This document shows, one piece after another, positions 8,855-19,055 of a stretch of 31,272 bases of DNA (positions are counted from its first letter, which is position 1; each line of letters opens with the position of its first letter). The position numbers were made by a program, and so were the translations under genes. The stretch lies in the NCBI GenBank assembly GCA_904501685.1, contig CAJGBX010000001.1, forward strand, positions 1-31,272, read 5' to 3'. The notes under the pieces are model-generated. The model saw nothing but the letters and a program-made list of their open reading frames with translations, was not told where the DNA came from and did no database searches. Source of the DNA: Clostridiaceae bacterium. Lineage in GTDB: Bacteria > Bacillota > Clostridia > Oscillospirales > Acutalibacteraceae.

Positions 8855-8886
8855 ATACTTGAAATTTAAAGAAAGGAGTAACGAAT

Positions 8887-9168
8887 ATGGAAAGATTTCT
8901 TGTAATGCACAATATTGATATGGCTGATTTTATCCAGACCTTAGATGAATGCAAGGGTGATGTCTTTTTGGAGACTAACGAGGGTGATGTCTTAAATCTT
9001 AAATCAAAGCTTTGCCAGATGATAGGTGTTGCCAATATTATGAAGGGCGCAGTTATTAAAGAAGCGGCTCTTCGCTGCTCCAATCCCGAGGATGAAAGCT
9101 TACTTTTCAGATTCAACCTTTATAAAGAAGTTCCCGGAAAGTCTGATGAAGACGAAGAGGATGAATAA
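8887..9168 (+). CDS. Small HPr-like protein with acidic tail
   Basis: 93 aa; CKGDVFL...LNLKSKL resembles the HPr Ser46 region (V-N-x-K-S); has its own SD, promoter and terminator. Confidence 0.65.
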   Translation: MERFLVMHNIDMADFIQTLDECKGDVFLETNEGDVLNLKSKLCQMIGVANIMKGAVIKEAALRCSNPEDESLLFRFNLYKEVPGKSDEDEEDE

Positions 9169-9180
9169 GCAATAATGTAA

Positions 9181-9217
9181 AAAACCGACCGGGTTTATGC
9201 TCGGTCGGTTTGGTTTT
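9181..9217 (+). terminator. Intrinsic terminator after the HPr-like gene
   Basis: AAACCGACCG…CGGTCGGTTT stem followed by GGTTTT. Confidence 0.75.
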
Positions 9218-9241
9218 AATATTGTCTGTGACAAAATTTTA

Positions 9242-9276
9242 CAAACCTCTCGGCAAAAGCCGAGAGGTTTGCTTTT
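9242..9276. terminator. Intrinsic terminator after the histidine kinase (possibly bidirectional)
   Basis: CAAACCTCTCGGC-aaaa-GCCGAGAGGTTTG perfect stem. Confidence 0.8.
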
Positions 9277-10316
9277 TAAAACACTATTCTTACGGTAGTT
9301 CCAACGTTTACTTCACTTTCAACCGAAACCGATGCACCAAGGTATTTTACACCATGTTTTACAATGGAAAGACCTAAACCCGTTCCGCCGATTTCCTTGG
9401 AATGGCTTTTATCAACGCGGTAAAAGCGTTCAAATATATGCTCCATATCATCCTTTGGGATTCCTATACCCGTATCACTCACAGTCACCTCAACGCCGTC
9501 AACACGCTGACTCACGTCAACCGTAACCCTACCGCCATATTTATTATACTTAACAGCATTATCACAAATGTTGAATAGTATTTCCTCAACAACAAGCTCG
9601 GCCGCCGTGATATAGTTGCTGCTTCCTGTAAGCTTTATTGTAACATTCTTTTCCTTTGCCGCCATTTCCAAATGAGACAAAACACCCTCGCACATATTGT
9701 AAAGGTCAAATTTTTCAACATTAACCTTAACATCGTTGCCGTCAAGCTGAGATAATTTTATAATATCACCGACAAGCGTAATAAGTCGTTGTGATTCATC
9801 ATAAATCTTACCGGCAAAGCGTTTAACATCCTCATCCTTGGCAATTCCGGTTTTTATAAGCTCAGCATAGCCTGAAATTGAGGTCAAAGGAGTCTTAAGC
9901 TCGTGTGAAACGTTAGCAGTAAAATCTCTTCGCATAGCGTCTTGATTTGCGTGCTCATTTCTCATATCGGTCAATTGCTTGGCAATTTGCCTGTTCTGTA
10001 CCTCAATACGCTCAGCCAACGGAGACAGTTCACGGTATACCGAGGTGCTTTTCGGGTCCTCTAAATTGAGCTTATTTATCGGCTCGGTTATCGACTTTGA
10101 AGCTCTGTAGGCAAGCAATGCCGAAATTCCCGTTTGAGCTGTAAGCATTACAACTGTTGCAATGAAAACGTCCATTAGAAGTTCCGCCTCGTTATAAGAG
10201 GAGCGATTATTGTAAAACTCATACATTATTCCAAACAGTATTACAACCGCAAACACAGACATAAGTGCCGAAATCAGCACAATGTATTTAAAAATTTTTC
10301 CCTTTAAGCTTTTCAC
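9276..10316 (-). CDS. Sensor histidine kinase, PhoR-like (2 TM, HisKA, HATPase)
   Basis: H-box FTANVSHELKTPLTSI, N-box NICDNAVKY, G1 DTGIGIP, F-box IFERFYRVDKS, G2 GGTGLGLSIVKH; GTG start abuts the regulator's stop. Confidence 0.92.
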   Translation of the reverse strand: MKSLKGKIFKYIVLISALMSVFAVVILFGIMYEFYNNRSSYNEAELLMDVFIATVVMLTAQTGISALLAYRASKSITEPINKLNLEDPKSTSVYRELSPLAERIEVQNRQIAKQLTDMRNEHANQDAMRRDFTANVSHELKTPLTSISGYAELIKTGIAKDEDVKRFAGKIYDESQRLITLVGDIIKLSQLDGNDVKVNVEKFDLYNMCEGVLSHLEMAAKEKNVTIKLTGSSNYITAAELVVEEILFNICDNAVKYNKYGGRVTVDVSQRVDGVEVTVSDTGIGIPKDDMEHIFERFYRVDKSHSKEIGGTGLGLSIVKHGVKYLGASVSVESEVNVGTTVRIVF

Positions 10317-10991
10317 TTAATTACCCCTGGCTATTTTATAGCCTACTCCTCTTACAGTTTCAATAATATCACCGGCATCACCCAGCTTTTGGCGCAGTGT
10401 TCTTATATGTACATCAACGGTACGGCTTTCCCCGTCAAAGGAATAACCCCAAATACTGTTTAATATTCGGTCACGAGTCAGCACAACATTACTGTTTTCA
10501 AGCAGCATACACAGCATTTCAAATTCCTTTAAGGTTAAGGTTACCGCATTCCCGTCCACGGTCACTATATGCTTTTCAGGACAAACATAAAGCCTGCCAA
10601 CCGAATACTCGGGTATGTTAAGCTTGACTTGGCTTGAGCGAAGCCTTGCCTTAACTCGGGCAACAAGCTCCATCATACCGAACGGCTTGGCAATATAGTC
10701 ATCCGCACCTAATTCAAAGCCCTTCACCTTATCAATTTCGGAAGCCTTTGCCGTTAACATAATTATCGGGATATTTACGGTATCTTTATTGGATTTAAGG
10801 TGTGACAAAACACTCAACCCGTCCTCCTCAGGCAGCATTATGTCAAGCAGTACCAACTCCGGCATTTCATTTTCCATTGCCTTATAAAATGCCGACGGTC
10901 GGTCAAAACCGACAGCCTCAAATCCGGTGCTTAGCAAGGTATAAACAACCAGCTCGCGGATATTATCATCATCCTCAACAAGATAAATCAC
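10317..10991 (-). CDS. OmpR/PhoB-family response regulator (PhoP-like)
   Basis: VEDD, LLDIMLP (phospho-Asp), LTAK, GADDYIAKPF, winged helix RTVDVHIRTLRQKL…IETVRGVGY. Confidence 0.93.
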   Translation of the reverse strand: MIYLVEDDDNIRELVVYTLLSTGFEAVGFDRPSAFYKAMENEMPELVLLDIMLPEEDGLSVLSHLKSNKDTVNIPIIMLTAKASEIDKVKGFELGADDYIAKPFGMMELVARVKARLRSSQVKLNIPEYSVGRLYVCPEKHIVTVDGNAVTLTLKEFEMLCMLLENSNVVLTRDRILNSIWGYSFDGESRTVDVHIRTLRQKLGDAGDIIETVRGVGYKIARGN

Positions 10992-11023
10992 ATTTTATCC
11001 CACCTTTACAATTATCTGACTTT

Positions 11024-11079
11024 ATTATACATCATTTAAAAAATATTAAAAGTGTTTTTTCTTTAAATCTATGTTAAAT
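11024..11079 (-). promoter_or_regulatory. Promoter with Pho-box-like direct repeat upstream of the response regulator
   Basis: Coding strand ATTTAACATAGATTTAA (11079-11063), then TATAAT at 11029-11024; the identical 17-mer occurs at 27710-27726. Confidence 0.7.
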
Positions 11080-11109
11080 CTCCAAAAAATAAAACCTATA
11101 ACAAGACAA

Positions 11110-11150
11110 TTACAAAACCCGACAAGAGACAACAAGCCTTTTGCCGGGTT
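11110..11150 (-). terminator. Intrinsic terminator of the pur-fhs operon
   Basis: AACCCGGCAAAAGGC-uuguu-GUCUCUUGUCGGGUU-UUGU; the G-U pairs form only on the minus-strand transcript. Confidence 0.75.
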
Positions 11151-11176
11151 AATTGTTTTGTTATACTAATGCTAAA

Positions 11177-12847
11177 TTAGAACAAGCCGATAATTTTGCC
11201 GTCTGAGGTAACGTCGATATTCTCTGCGGCAGGAACCTTCGGAAGTCCCGGCATAGTCATAATATCACCGGTAAGCACAACCACAAAGCCTGCACCGGCC
11301 GAAACCTTAACGTTTTTAATGGTAACCTCAAAATTTTCAGGCGCACCAAGCTTGGTCTGGTCATCCGAGAAGGAATACTGAGTTTTAGCCATACAAACAG
11401 GGCACTTATCAAAGCCAAGTGCAGTCAAGGTTGCAATCTGCTTTTTAGCGGCAGGTAAAACCTTAATTCCGTTACCGCCGTAAACCTTTTTGACTATAGC
11501 TTCTATCTTTTCCTCGATAGTACCGTCTAATTCATAGGAATATGTGAAATCTCCCTTTTCTTCATCGCATAGACGGACAACCTCACGAGCCAGCTCTTCA
11601 CCGCCCTTACCGCCTTCTGCCCAAACATTGGAAAGAACTACATTAACTCCCAATTCCTTACACTTTTTGATTATAAGGTCGATTTCCGAATCGGTATCGG
11701 TCGGGAAACGGTTAACTGCAACAACCGACGGCAGCTTGTAAACATTCTTAATGTTAGAAACGTGACGAAGCAAATTAGGAATACCCTTTTCGAGTGCTTC
11801 AAGGTTTTCACTGCCTAATTCGGTTTTAGCCAATCCGCCATGCATTTTAAGAGCTCTTACAGTTGCGACAATTACAACTGCCGACGGAGTCAAGCCTGCC
11901 ATACGGCACTTAATATCAAGGAACTTTTCGGCACCTAAATCTGCACCAAAGCCTGCCTCGGTAATAGCGTAATCACCGAGCTTCATTGCAAGTCTTGTAG
12001 CCATAACCGAGTTACAGCCGTGTGCAATATTTGCAAACGGTCCACCGTGAACAAACGCCGGTGTACCCTCCAAGGTTTGAACAAGGTTAGGCTTAATGGC
12101 ATCCTTAAGCAAAGCCGTCATAGCACCGACCGCCTTTAAATCACCGGCGGTAACCGGCTTTTCGTCATAGGTGTAGCCTACGATTATTTTAGAAAGACGC
12201 TCTTTTAAATCATCAATTGAGGATGAAAGGCAAAATACCGCCATAATTTCACTTGCAACGGTAATATCATATCCGTCCTCACGAGGAGTTCCGTTTACCC
12301 TGCCGCCTAAACCGTCGGTAACAAACCTCAGCTGACGGTCGTTCATATCAACACAACGCTTCCAAGTGATTCTGCGAGGGTCGATATTAAGCTTATTGCC
12401 CTGATAAATGTGGTTATCAAGCATTGCGGCCAAAAGGTTATTTGCCGCACCGATAGCGTGGAAGTCACCTGTGAAATGCAGATTGATATCCTCCATAGGT
12501 ACAACCTGAGCATATCCGCCGCCTGCAGCACCGCCCTTAACACCGAAAACCGGTCCCAAGGAAGGCTCTCTGAGTGCTACCATAACGTTTTTGCCGATAC
12601 GCTTCATTCCGTCGGCAAGACCTATGGTAGTAGTAGTTTTACCCTCACCTGCAGGTGTTGGCGTAATGGCGGTAACAAGAATAAGCTTTCCGTCCTTTTT
12701 ATCGGTTTTATCAAGTAAGGACAAATCAATCTTAGCCTTATATTTACCGTACTGCTCCAAGTATTCATCAGAGATGCCGGCTGAAGCGGCAATCTCGGTT
12801 ATGGGTTTCATTTCGACAGACTGTGCAATTTCAATATCTGTTTTCAT
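11177..12847 (-). CDS. fhs: Formate--tetrahydrofolate ligase
   Basis: [64 protein letters not shown]. Confidence 0.98.
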   Translation of the reverse strand: MKTDIEIAQSVEMKPITEIAASAGISDEYLEQYGKYKAKIDLSLLDKTDKKDGKLILVTAITPTPAGEGKTTTTIGLADGMKRIGKNVMVALREPSLGPVFGVKGGAAGGGYAQVVPMEDINLHFTGDFHAIGAANNLLAAMLDNHIYQGNKLNIDPRRITWKRCVDMNDRQLRFVTDGLGGRVNGTPREDGYDITVASEIMAVFCLSSSIDDLKERLSKIIVGYTYDEKPVTAGDLKAVGAMTALLKDAIKPNLVQTLEGTPAFVHGGPFANIAHGCNSVMATRLAMKLGDYAITEAGFGADLGAEKFLDIKCRMAGLTPSAVVIVATVRALKMHGGLAKTELGSENLEALEKGIPNLLRHVSNIKNVYKLPSVVAVNRFPTDTDSEIDLIIKKCKELGVNVVLSNVWAEGGKGGEELAREVVRLCDEEKGDFTYSYELDGTIEEKIEAIVKKVYGGNGIKVLPAAKKQIATLTALGFDKCPVCMAKTQYSFSDDQTKLGAPENFEVTIKNVKVSAGAGFVVVLTGDIMTMPGLPKVPAAENIDVTSDGKIIGLF

Positions 12848-12864
12848 TTTCTAACACCCTTCTA

Positions 12865-15800
12865 TTACTTAAAATATTTAACTGCGGAACGGAACATACC
12901 GATTTCGTAGTTGCCAATAACGTTATTGTAAAGTCCATTACCGATACGCTCTGAATGGCCCATTTTACCGAATACACGTCCATCAGGTGAAGTAATACCC
13001 TCAATCGCAAAGGCCGAATTATTGGGGTTAAATCGAATATCGGCAGTAACGTTACCCTCTAAATCAACATACTGAGTTGCAATCTGACCGTTTTCGGCAA
13101 GCTTACGAACCAACTCATCCGATGCCAAGAATCGACCCTCACCGTGGGAAATCGGCACATTATAGATATCGCCGACCCTGGTTTCAGCCAACCACGGCGA
13201 CTTATTAGAAGCAATTCTTGTTCGGACAATTCTCGACTGATGGCGGCCAATAGTGTTATAGGTCAGGGTCGGACAGCTTTCGTCAGTATCAATAATCTTA
13301 CCATAAGGCACGAGACCTAATTTGATAATTGCCTGGAAGCCGTTGCAAATACCTGCCATAAGACCGTCTCTGGTGTCAAGCAAATCAGCAACCTCACTCT
13401 TAATTGCGGCATTACGGAAGAAAGCGGTAATGAATTTACCCGAGCCGTCCGGCTCATCACCGCCCGAGAAGCCGCCGGGGATGAAGATGATTTGAGAATT
13501 TTTGATAGCGTTAGCCATTTTTTCAACCGAACGTGCGATTCCGTCAGCCGACAGGTTATTGATTACAATAATCTCAGCTTCTGCACCGGCATCGTTGAAG
13601 GCCTTGGCACTGTCATACTCACAGTTGGTACCGGGGAATACCGGAATAACAACGTGAGGCTTTGCACATTTAATCGCAGGTGCCACACGTGAGGCAGCCT
13701 CGTAATTAAAGGTTTCCAATTTGCCGTGCTTCTGCTCAATATTACAGGGGAATACCGGTTCAAGCTTATCCTCGTAAATCTTAAGCAGGTCGGCAATTTT
13801 AAGGTCATCCTCACCAAAGGTTATATTACCATCAGCTGTAGTTTCACCAAGTAAGGTGCAGCAATCACACTTACAACCGCAATCCTCGGTCATCTCAAGG
13901 ATAAATGCACCGTAATTATAGCCGAAAATCTCTTCCAAGGTGACATTATCAGCAAATTTGAATCCGATATCATTACCGAAGGACATTTTCATAATACCCT
14001 CGGCAATACCTCCGCCGATAGGAGTCCAAACGGCAACCGCCTTTTTAGAGGTAATGAGCTTATATACCTTATTATAAATATCAAGCAACGAAGCAGTTAC
14101 CGGCAAGCCGTTTTTATCATACTGTGGCTTTACCAAGTAAACCTTATGTCCTGCCTCTTTGAATTCAGGTGAAACAACATCGTTTACGTCACCTACTGTT
14201 ACAGCAAAGGAGCAAAGTGTCGGCGGAACATCCAAATCCTCAAAGGTACCGCTCATTGAGTCCTTGCCTCCGATTGATGCAATACCCAGCTCCTTTTGAG
14301 CCTTAAATGCACCGAGCAAAGCCGACAACGGCTTGCCCCAACGCTTCGGTTCGGTATTAGGACGCTCAAAATACTCCTGGAAGGTCAAATAAACCTCTTC
14401 AAATGAAGCACCGGCCGAAATAAGCTTTGAAACCGACTCTATAACGGCCAAATATGCACCGTGGTAGGGCGATTTTTCCATTACAAACGGGTTATAACCC
14501 CAAGCCATAAAGGAACAGGTATCGGTATGCTTTTTCTCAACCGAAACCTTATTAACCATACACTGCGAGGGTGTAAGCTGATTCTTACCGCCAAACGGCA
14601 TCATAACCGTACCGGCACCGATAGTCGAGTCAAAACGTTCAGACAGACCACGCTTTGAGCAGATATTAAGGTCACCTGCCAAATCAAGCATACCCTTTTT
14701 AAAACAGCAGGGTGTGGTTTTGGTATAATCTGCGGGTGCTAAAGGAGTAATATTGATGTGTTTTTCAGCACCGTTAGAGTTCAAGAATTCACGCGACAAA
14801 TCAACAATTGTTTTGCCGTTCCAATGCATTTTAAGTCTCGGCTCTGCAGTTACCCTTGCTACAACAGTAGCCTCAAGGTTTTCGGATTTTGCCAATTCGC
14901 AGAAGCGTTCAACATCCTTAGGCTCAACAACAACCGCCATTCTTTCCTGAGATTCGGAAATCGCAATTTCAGTACCGTCAAGACCATCATACTTCTTGGG
15001 AACTGCGTTAAGGTCGATAGTAAGACCGTCGGCCAATTCACCGATAGCAACCGAAACACCGCCTGCACCAAAGTCGTTACATCTCTTAATCAAACGTGAT
15101 GCTTCAGGATTGCGGAACAGTCTCTGCAGTTTTCTTTCCTCAGGGGCGTTACCCTTTTGAACCTCGGAACCGCAGGTTTCAATAGAGCTCAAGGTGTGCG
15201 ACTTAGAAGATCCTGTAGCACCGCCGCAACCGTCACGTCCGGTACGACCGCCAAGTAGAATAACTACATCATCAGGGTCGGGTACTTCACGGCGAACATT
15301 CTCTTCAGGAGCGGCAGCAATAACCGCACCGATTTCCATACGCTTTGCGGCATAGCCGGGATGATAAATCTCGTCAACCTGACCGGTAGCAAGGCCGATT
15401 TGGTTACCGTAAGAGGAATAACCTGCAGCAGCAGTGGTGACGATTTTCTTTTGCGGCAGTTTTCCTGCCATTGTTTCATTAACCGGTTTTAACGGGTCAG
15501 CCGCACCGGTAACACGCATTGCCGAATAAACATAAGAACGTCCCGAAAGCGGGTCACGAATAGCACCGCCGATACAGGTAGCAGCACCGCCAAACGGCTC
15601 AATTTCGGTAGGATGGTTATGAGTTTCGTTCTTAAACAAAAGCAACCATTTCTCAATACCCTCTTCGGTTTTGACATCAATCTTAACTGTGCAGGCATTG
15701 ATTTCTTCCGACTCATCCAGTTTCGGCAACATACCGCGTTTTTTAAGCAAACGTGTACCGATTGTTGCAATATCCATTAAATTAATAGGCTTAGTACGGT

Positions 15801-16566
15801 TGATTTCCTTACGGGCCTCAATATATTCCTCGTAAGCCGACTGTAACAGCTCGTCCTCAAACTTAACGCTGTCAATAGTAGTTAAGAAGGTGGTATGACG
15901 GCAGTGGTCCGACCAATAAGTATCAATCATTCTGATTTCAGTGATTGACGGGTCGCGATTTTCAGTTCTGAAATAGTCGCGGCAGAACTTAAGGTCGTCC
16001 ATATCCATAGCCAACCCCAAGGTCTTTACCATTTCAGCCAAGCCGTTGTCATCCAACTCCAAAAAGCCTTCAACAGTAGCAACTGTTTCGGGAATATCAT
16101 ATTTAATCTTTAAGGTTTCTGGCTTTTCCATAGAAGCCTCGCGGGATTCTACAGGATTGATAACATACTTCTTGATTTTTTCAATATCCTCTGCTGTTAA
16201 CTCGCCCTTCATTAAATAAACCTTAGCGGTTTTGACAGTAGGACGGTCACCGGCATTAATAAGCTGAATACACTGCGAAGCACTGTCAGCTCTCTGGTCG
16301 AACTGACCGGGAAGTGCCTCAACCGCAAACACCTCATAGCCATCACAAGTAATTTCAGCTGAAGTATTGTCCAACTGAGGCTCAGAAAACACTGTTGTAA
16401 CTGCGTAATTAAACAGCTCCTCAGTAATATTTTCAACATCATAACGGTTGATAACACGCAAGCCTTCCAAGGCAGTTACGCCTAAGAATGTACGGATATC
16501 CTGCAAAAGTGAGGAAGCCTCGTGAGCAAGGCCCTCCTTTTTCTCAACAAATATACGATATACCAT
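12865..16566 (-). CDS. purL: Phosphoribosylformylglycinamidine synthase, large fused clostridial form
   Basis: WSDHCRH, ETHNHPTEIEPFGGAATC, DFGAGG, SESQERM, GGKDSMS; intact C-terminal glutaminase domain (FPGTNCE, GGFSGGD, GICNGFQ, GHSE). Confidence 0.97.
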   Translation of the reverse strand: MVYRIFVEKKEGLAHEASSLLQDIRTFLGVTALEGLRVINRYDVENITEELFNYAVTTVFSEPQLDNTSAEITCDGYEVFAVEALPGQFDQRADSASQCIQLINAGDRPTVKTAKVYLMKGELTAEDIEKIKKYVINPVESREASMEKPETLKIKYDIPETVATVEGFLELDDNGLAEMVKTLGLAMDMDDLKFCRDYFRTENRDPSITEIRMIDTYWSDHCRHTTFLTTIDSVKFEDELLQSAYEEYIEARKEINRTKPINLMDIATIGTRLLKKRGMLPKLDESEEINACTVKIDVKTEEGIEKWLLLFKNETHNHPTEIEPFGGAATCIGGAIRDPLSGRSYVYSAMRVTGAADPLKPVNETMAGKLPQKKIVTTAAAGYSSYGNQIGLATGQVDEIYHPGYAAKRMEIGAVIAAAPEENVRREVPDPDDVVILLGGRTGRDGCGGATGSSKSHTLSSIETCGSEVQKGNAPEERKLQRLFRNPEASRLIKRCNDFGAGGVSVAIGELADGLTIDLNAVPKKYDGLDGTEIAISESQERMAVVVEPKDVERFCELAKSENLEATVVARVTAEPRLKMHWNGKTIVDLSREFLNSNGAEKHINITPLAPADYTKTTPCCFKKGMLDLAGDLNICSKRGLSERFDSTIGAGTVMMPFGGKNQLTPSQCMVNKVSVEKKHTDTCSFMAWGYNPFVMEKSPYHGAYLAVIESVSKLISAGASFEEVYLTFQEYFERPNTEPKRWGKPLSALLGAFKAQKELGIASIGGKDSMSGTFEDLDVPPTLCSFAVTVGDVNDVVSPEFKEAGHKVYLVKPQYDKNGLPVTASLLDIYNKVYKLITSKKAVAVWTPIGGGIAEGIMKMSFGNDIGFKFADNVTLEEIFGYNYGAFILEMTEDCGCKCDCCTLLGETTADGNITFGEDDLKIADLLKIYEDKLEPVFPCNIEQKHGKLETFNYEAASRVAPAIKCAKPHVVIPVFPGTNCEYDSAKAFNDAGAEAEIIVINNLSADGIARSVEKMANAIKNSQIIFIPGGFSGGDEPDGSGKFITAFFRNAAIKSEVADLLDTRDGLMAGICNGFQAIIKLGLVPYGKIIDTDESCPTLTYNTIGRHQSRIVRTRIASNKSPWLAETRVGDIYNVPISHGEGRFLASDELVRKLAENGQIATQYVDLEGNVTADIRFNPNNSAFAIEGITSPDGRVFGKMGHSERIGNGLYNNVIGNYEIGMFRSAVKYFK

Positions 16567-17841
16567 TTATTTTACCTCCTCAAACGCCTTTAAGGCCCTA
16601 GCACCTATGTCGTTTCGTTTATACTTATTCTCGAACGAAATCTTATCGGTCTCCTTATATGCCTTTGCAATCGCCGATTTTAAATCGTCAGCTAATGCTA
16701 CAACACCCATAACACGACCGCCTGCGGTGACAACCTTGCCTTCCTTTAACTTAGCACCGGCGTAGTAAAGCTTGCCGTCAACCTCTCCGTCAACCGTAAT
16801 CGGGAAACCGGACTCATACTTTTCAGGGTAGCCGTTTGATGCCAAAACAACACAGCAAGCAGCAGAATCCTTGAATTTAACTTCTTTTTCAGCCAAAGTG
16901 CCATCGGTACAGGCCATCATAATTTCAAGTAAATCCGAGTCTAAAAGCGGAATTACTACCTGAGTTTCGGGGTCACCAAAACGGCAGTTATATTCAATAA
17001 CCTTAGGTCCGTCGGCAGTTATCATAAGACCGAAGAAAAGACAGCCCTTAAAGGGTCTACCCTCAGCCTCCATAGCACGAATGGTTGGCATAAATATTTT
17101 ATCTATACATTCCTGAGCTACCTTGTCAGTATAATACGGATTAGGTGCAACAGTACCCATACCGCCGGTATTAAGACCTTTATCGTTATCCTTAGCACGC
17201 TTATGGTCCATTGCGGAAACCATAGGAATCAAGGTTTTACCGTCGCAAAAAGCCAAAACCGAAGCCTCAGGACCTGTCATAAACTCTTCAATAACGATAT
17301 TTGCACCTGATTCGCCGAAAATCTTATCCTCCATAATAGATTCGATTGCTTTTTCGGCAGCCTCTCTCGTTTCGGCGATAATAACACCCTTGCCTAAGGC
17401 CAAGCCGTCAGCCTTAATTACAGTCGGCAGAGGTGCCGTTTTAACATATTCCAATGCATCCTCAGGATTGGTAAACACCTCATAGGAAGCGGTTGGAATA
17501 CCGTATTTTTTCATCAAATTCTTGGAAAAAACCTTGCTACCTTCAATAATTGCGGCCTTTTTGTCAGGTCCGAAGCATTTAACGCCGATTTCAGCTAAAG
17601 CATCAACCATACCGTCAACAAGCTGATTATCGGGAGTAACAACAACGTAATTTATATCGTTAGTCTTCACAAAATCAACTATTTTTTCGGTTTCATTAAC
17701 ACCGATTGCAACACATTCGGCGTCCATAGTCATACCGCCGTTGCCGGGGATAGCGTAAAGCTTATCTACACCCTTACTTTCCTTAAGCTTTTTAACAATG
17801 GCGTGTTCACGTCCGCCACTGCCTATAACAGCTACTTTCAT
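16567..17841 (-). CDS. purD: Phosphoribosylamine--glycine ligase
   Basis: GSGGREHA, EGSK, KADGLALGKGV, NTGGMG, EYNCRFGDPETQ. Confidence 0.97.
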   Translation of the reverse strand: MKVAVIGSGGREHAIVKKLKESKGVDKLYAIPGNGGMTMDAECVAIGVNETEKIVDFVKTNDINYVVVTPDNQLVDGMVDALAEIGVKCFGPDKKAAIIEGSKVFSKNLMKKYGIPTASYEVFTNPEDALEYVKTAPLPTVIKADGLALGKGVIIAETREAAEKAIESIMEDKIFGESGANIVIEEFMTGPEASVLAFCDGKTLIPMVSAMDHKRAKDNDKGLNTGGMGTVAPNPYYTDKVAQECIDKIFMPTIRAMEAEGRPFKGCLFFGLMITADGPKVIEYNCRFGDPETQVVIPLLDSDLLEIMMACTDGTLAEKEVKFKDSAACCVVLASNGYPEKYESGFPITVDGEVDGKLYYAGAKLKEGKVVTAGGRVMGVVALADDLKSAIAKAYKETDKISFENKYKRNDIGARALKAFEEVK

Positions 17842-17858
17842 ATATATACCTCTTTATA

Positions 17859-19043
17859 TTAGTGGTGGAATAATCTCATTTTTGTGAATGCCATCGTCAT
17901 ACCGTATTTATCGGCACACTTGATAACAACGTCATCACGAATAGAGCCGCCCGGCTCTGCAATATAGCTTACACCGCTTTTCTTAGCTCTTTCAATGTTA
18001 TCGTCAAACGGGAAGAAGGCATCCGAACCCAAGGCCACACCGGTAATAGTGTCAAGGTATGCACGCTGCTCATCCTTAGTAAAAGGTGCCGGCTTTGAGG
18101 TAAAGTATTTCTGCCAATTGCCGTCTGCGGTAACATCCTCCTCGTTTTGATTGATATAACCGTCAATAACATTATCGCGGTCAGGACGACCTAACTCTGC
18201 CTTAAACGGAAGATTTAAAACCTTATCATGCTGACGCAAGAACCAGGTATCAGCCTTACCGCCGGCCAAGCGTGTGCAATGCACACGTGACTGCTGACCG
18301 GCACCGACACCGATTGCCTGACCGTCAACTGCAAAACAAACCGAGTTAGACTGTGTATATTTTAAAGTAATAAGCGAAATTATAAGGTCGCGAATTGCAC
18401 TTTCGGGCATATCCTTTTTAGCAGTAACAATATCAGTGAGCAATTCCTTGTTGATTTTAAAGTTGTTTCTTCCCTGCTCAAAGGTAATACCGTAGACCTG
18501 CTTATGCTCAGCCTCTGCCGGAACATACAAAGGGTCAATCTTAACTATATTGTAGGAGCCCTTTCTCTTAGATTTAAGAATCTCCAACGCCTCAGGCTCG
18601 TAACCCGGAGCAATAACACCGTCGGAAACCTCACGCTGGATTAACCTTGCAGTAGTAACATCGCAAACATCAGACAGTGCTACCCAGTCCCCGAACGAGC
18701 ACATACGGTCGGTACCTCTGGCTCTTGCATATGCACAAGCTAAACCAGACTCGTCAAGTCCTTCAATATCATCAACAAAGCAAGCTTTTTTTAATTTATC
18801 ACTCAAAGGAAGACCGATAGCAGCCGAGGTCGGGCTTACATGCTTAAACGAAGTAACTGCAGGAAGACCCAAAGCCTCTTTCAGTTCCTTTACAAGCTGC
18901 CACGAGTTAAACGCATCAAGGAAATTGATGTAACCCGGACGTCCGTTTAAAATTTCAATTGGCAGGTCAGTCCCGTCGTGCATATAAATTTTTGAGGGCT
19001 TTTGGTTGGGGTTACAACCGTACTTTAATTCAAATTCTTTCAT
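17859..19043 (-). CDS. purH: AICAR formyltransferase (PurH transformylase domain only, no N-terminal IMP cyclohydrolase domain)
   Basis: Starts directly at LKYGCNPNQ; SFKHVSP, KYTQSNSV, GAGQQSRVHC, SDAFFPF, PGGSIRD, RLFHH; 394 aa. Confidence 0.9.
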   Translation of the reverse strand: MKEFELKYGCNPNQKPSKIYMHDGTDLPIEILNGRPGYINFLDAFNSWQLVKELKEALGLPAVTSFKHVSPTSAAIGLPLSDKLKKACFVDDIEGLDESGLACAYARARGTDRMCSFGDWVALSDVCDVTTARLIQREVSDGVIAPGYEPEALEILKSKRKGSYNIVKIDPLYVPAEAEHKQVYGITFEQGRNNFKINKELLTDIVTAKKDMPESAIRDLIISLITLKYTQSNSVCFAVDGQAIGVGAGQQSRVHCTRLAGGKADTWFLRQHDKVLNLPFKAELGRPDRDNVIDGYINQNEEDVTADGNWQKYFTSKPAPFTKDEQRAYLDTITGVALGSDAFFPFDDNIERAKKSGVSYIAEPGGSIRDDVVIKCADKYGMTMAFTKMRLFHH

Positions 19044-19055
19044 TTGTTTTTCCCC

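Noticed and set aside
8772..9116. 114-aa minus-strand ORF
   Set aside because: Antisense to the HPr-like gene, which has the promoter, SD and terminator.
9181..9276. Two adjacent strong hairpins as a REP or MITE element
   Set aside because: The stems differ in sequence, have no target duplications, and are explained as one terminator per convergent gene.
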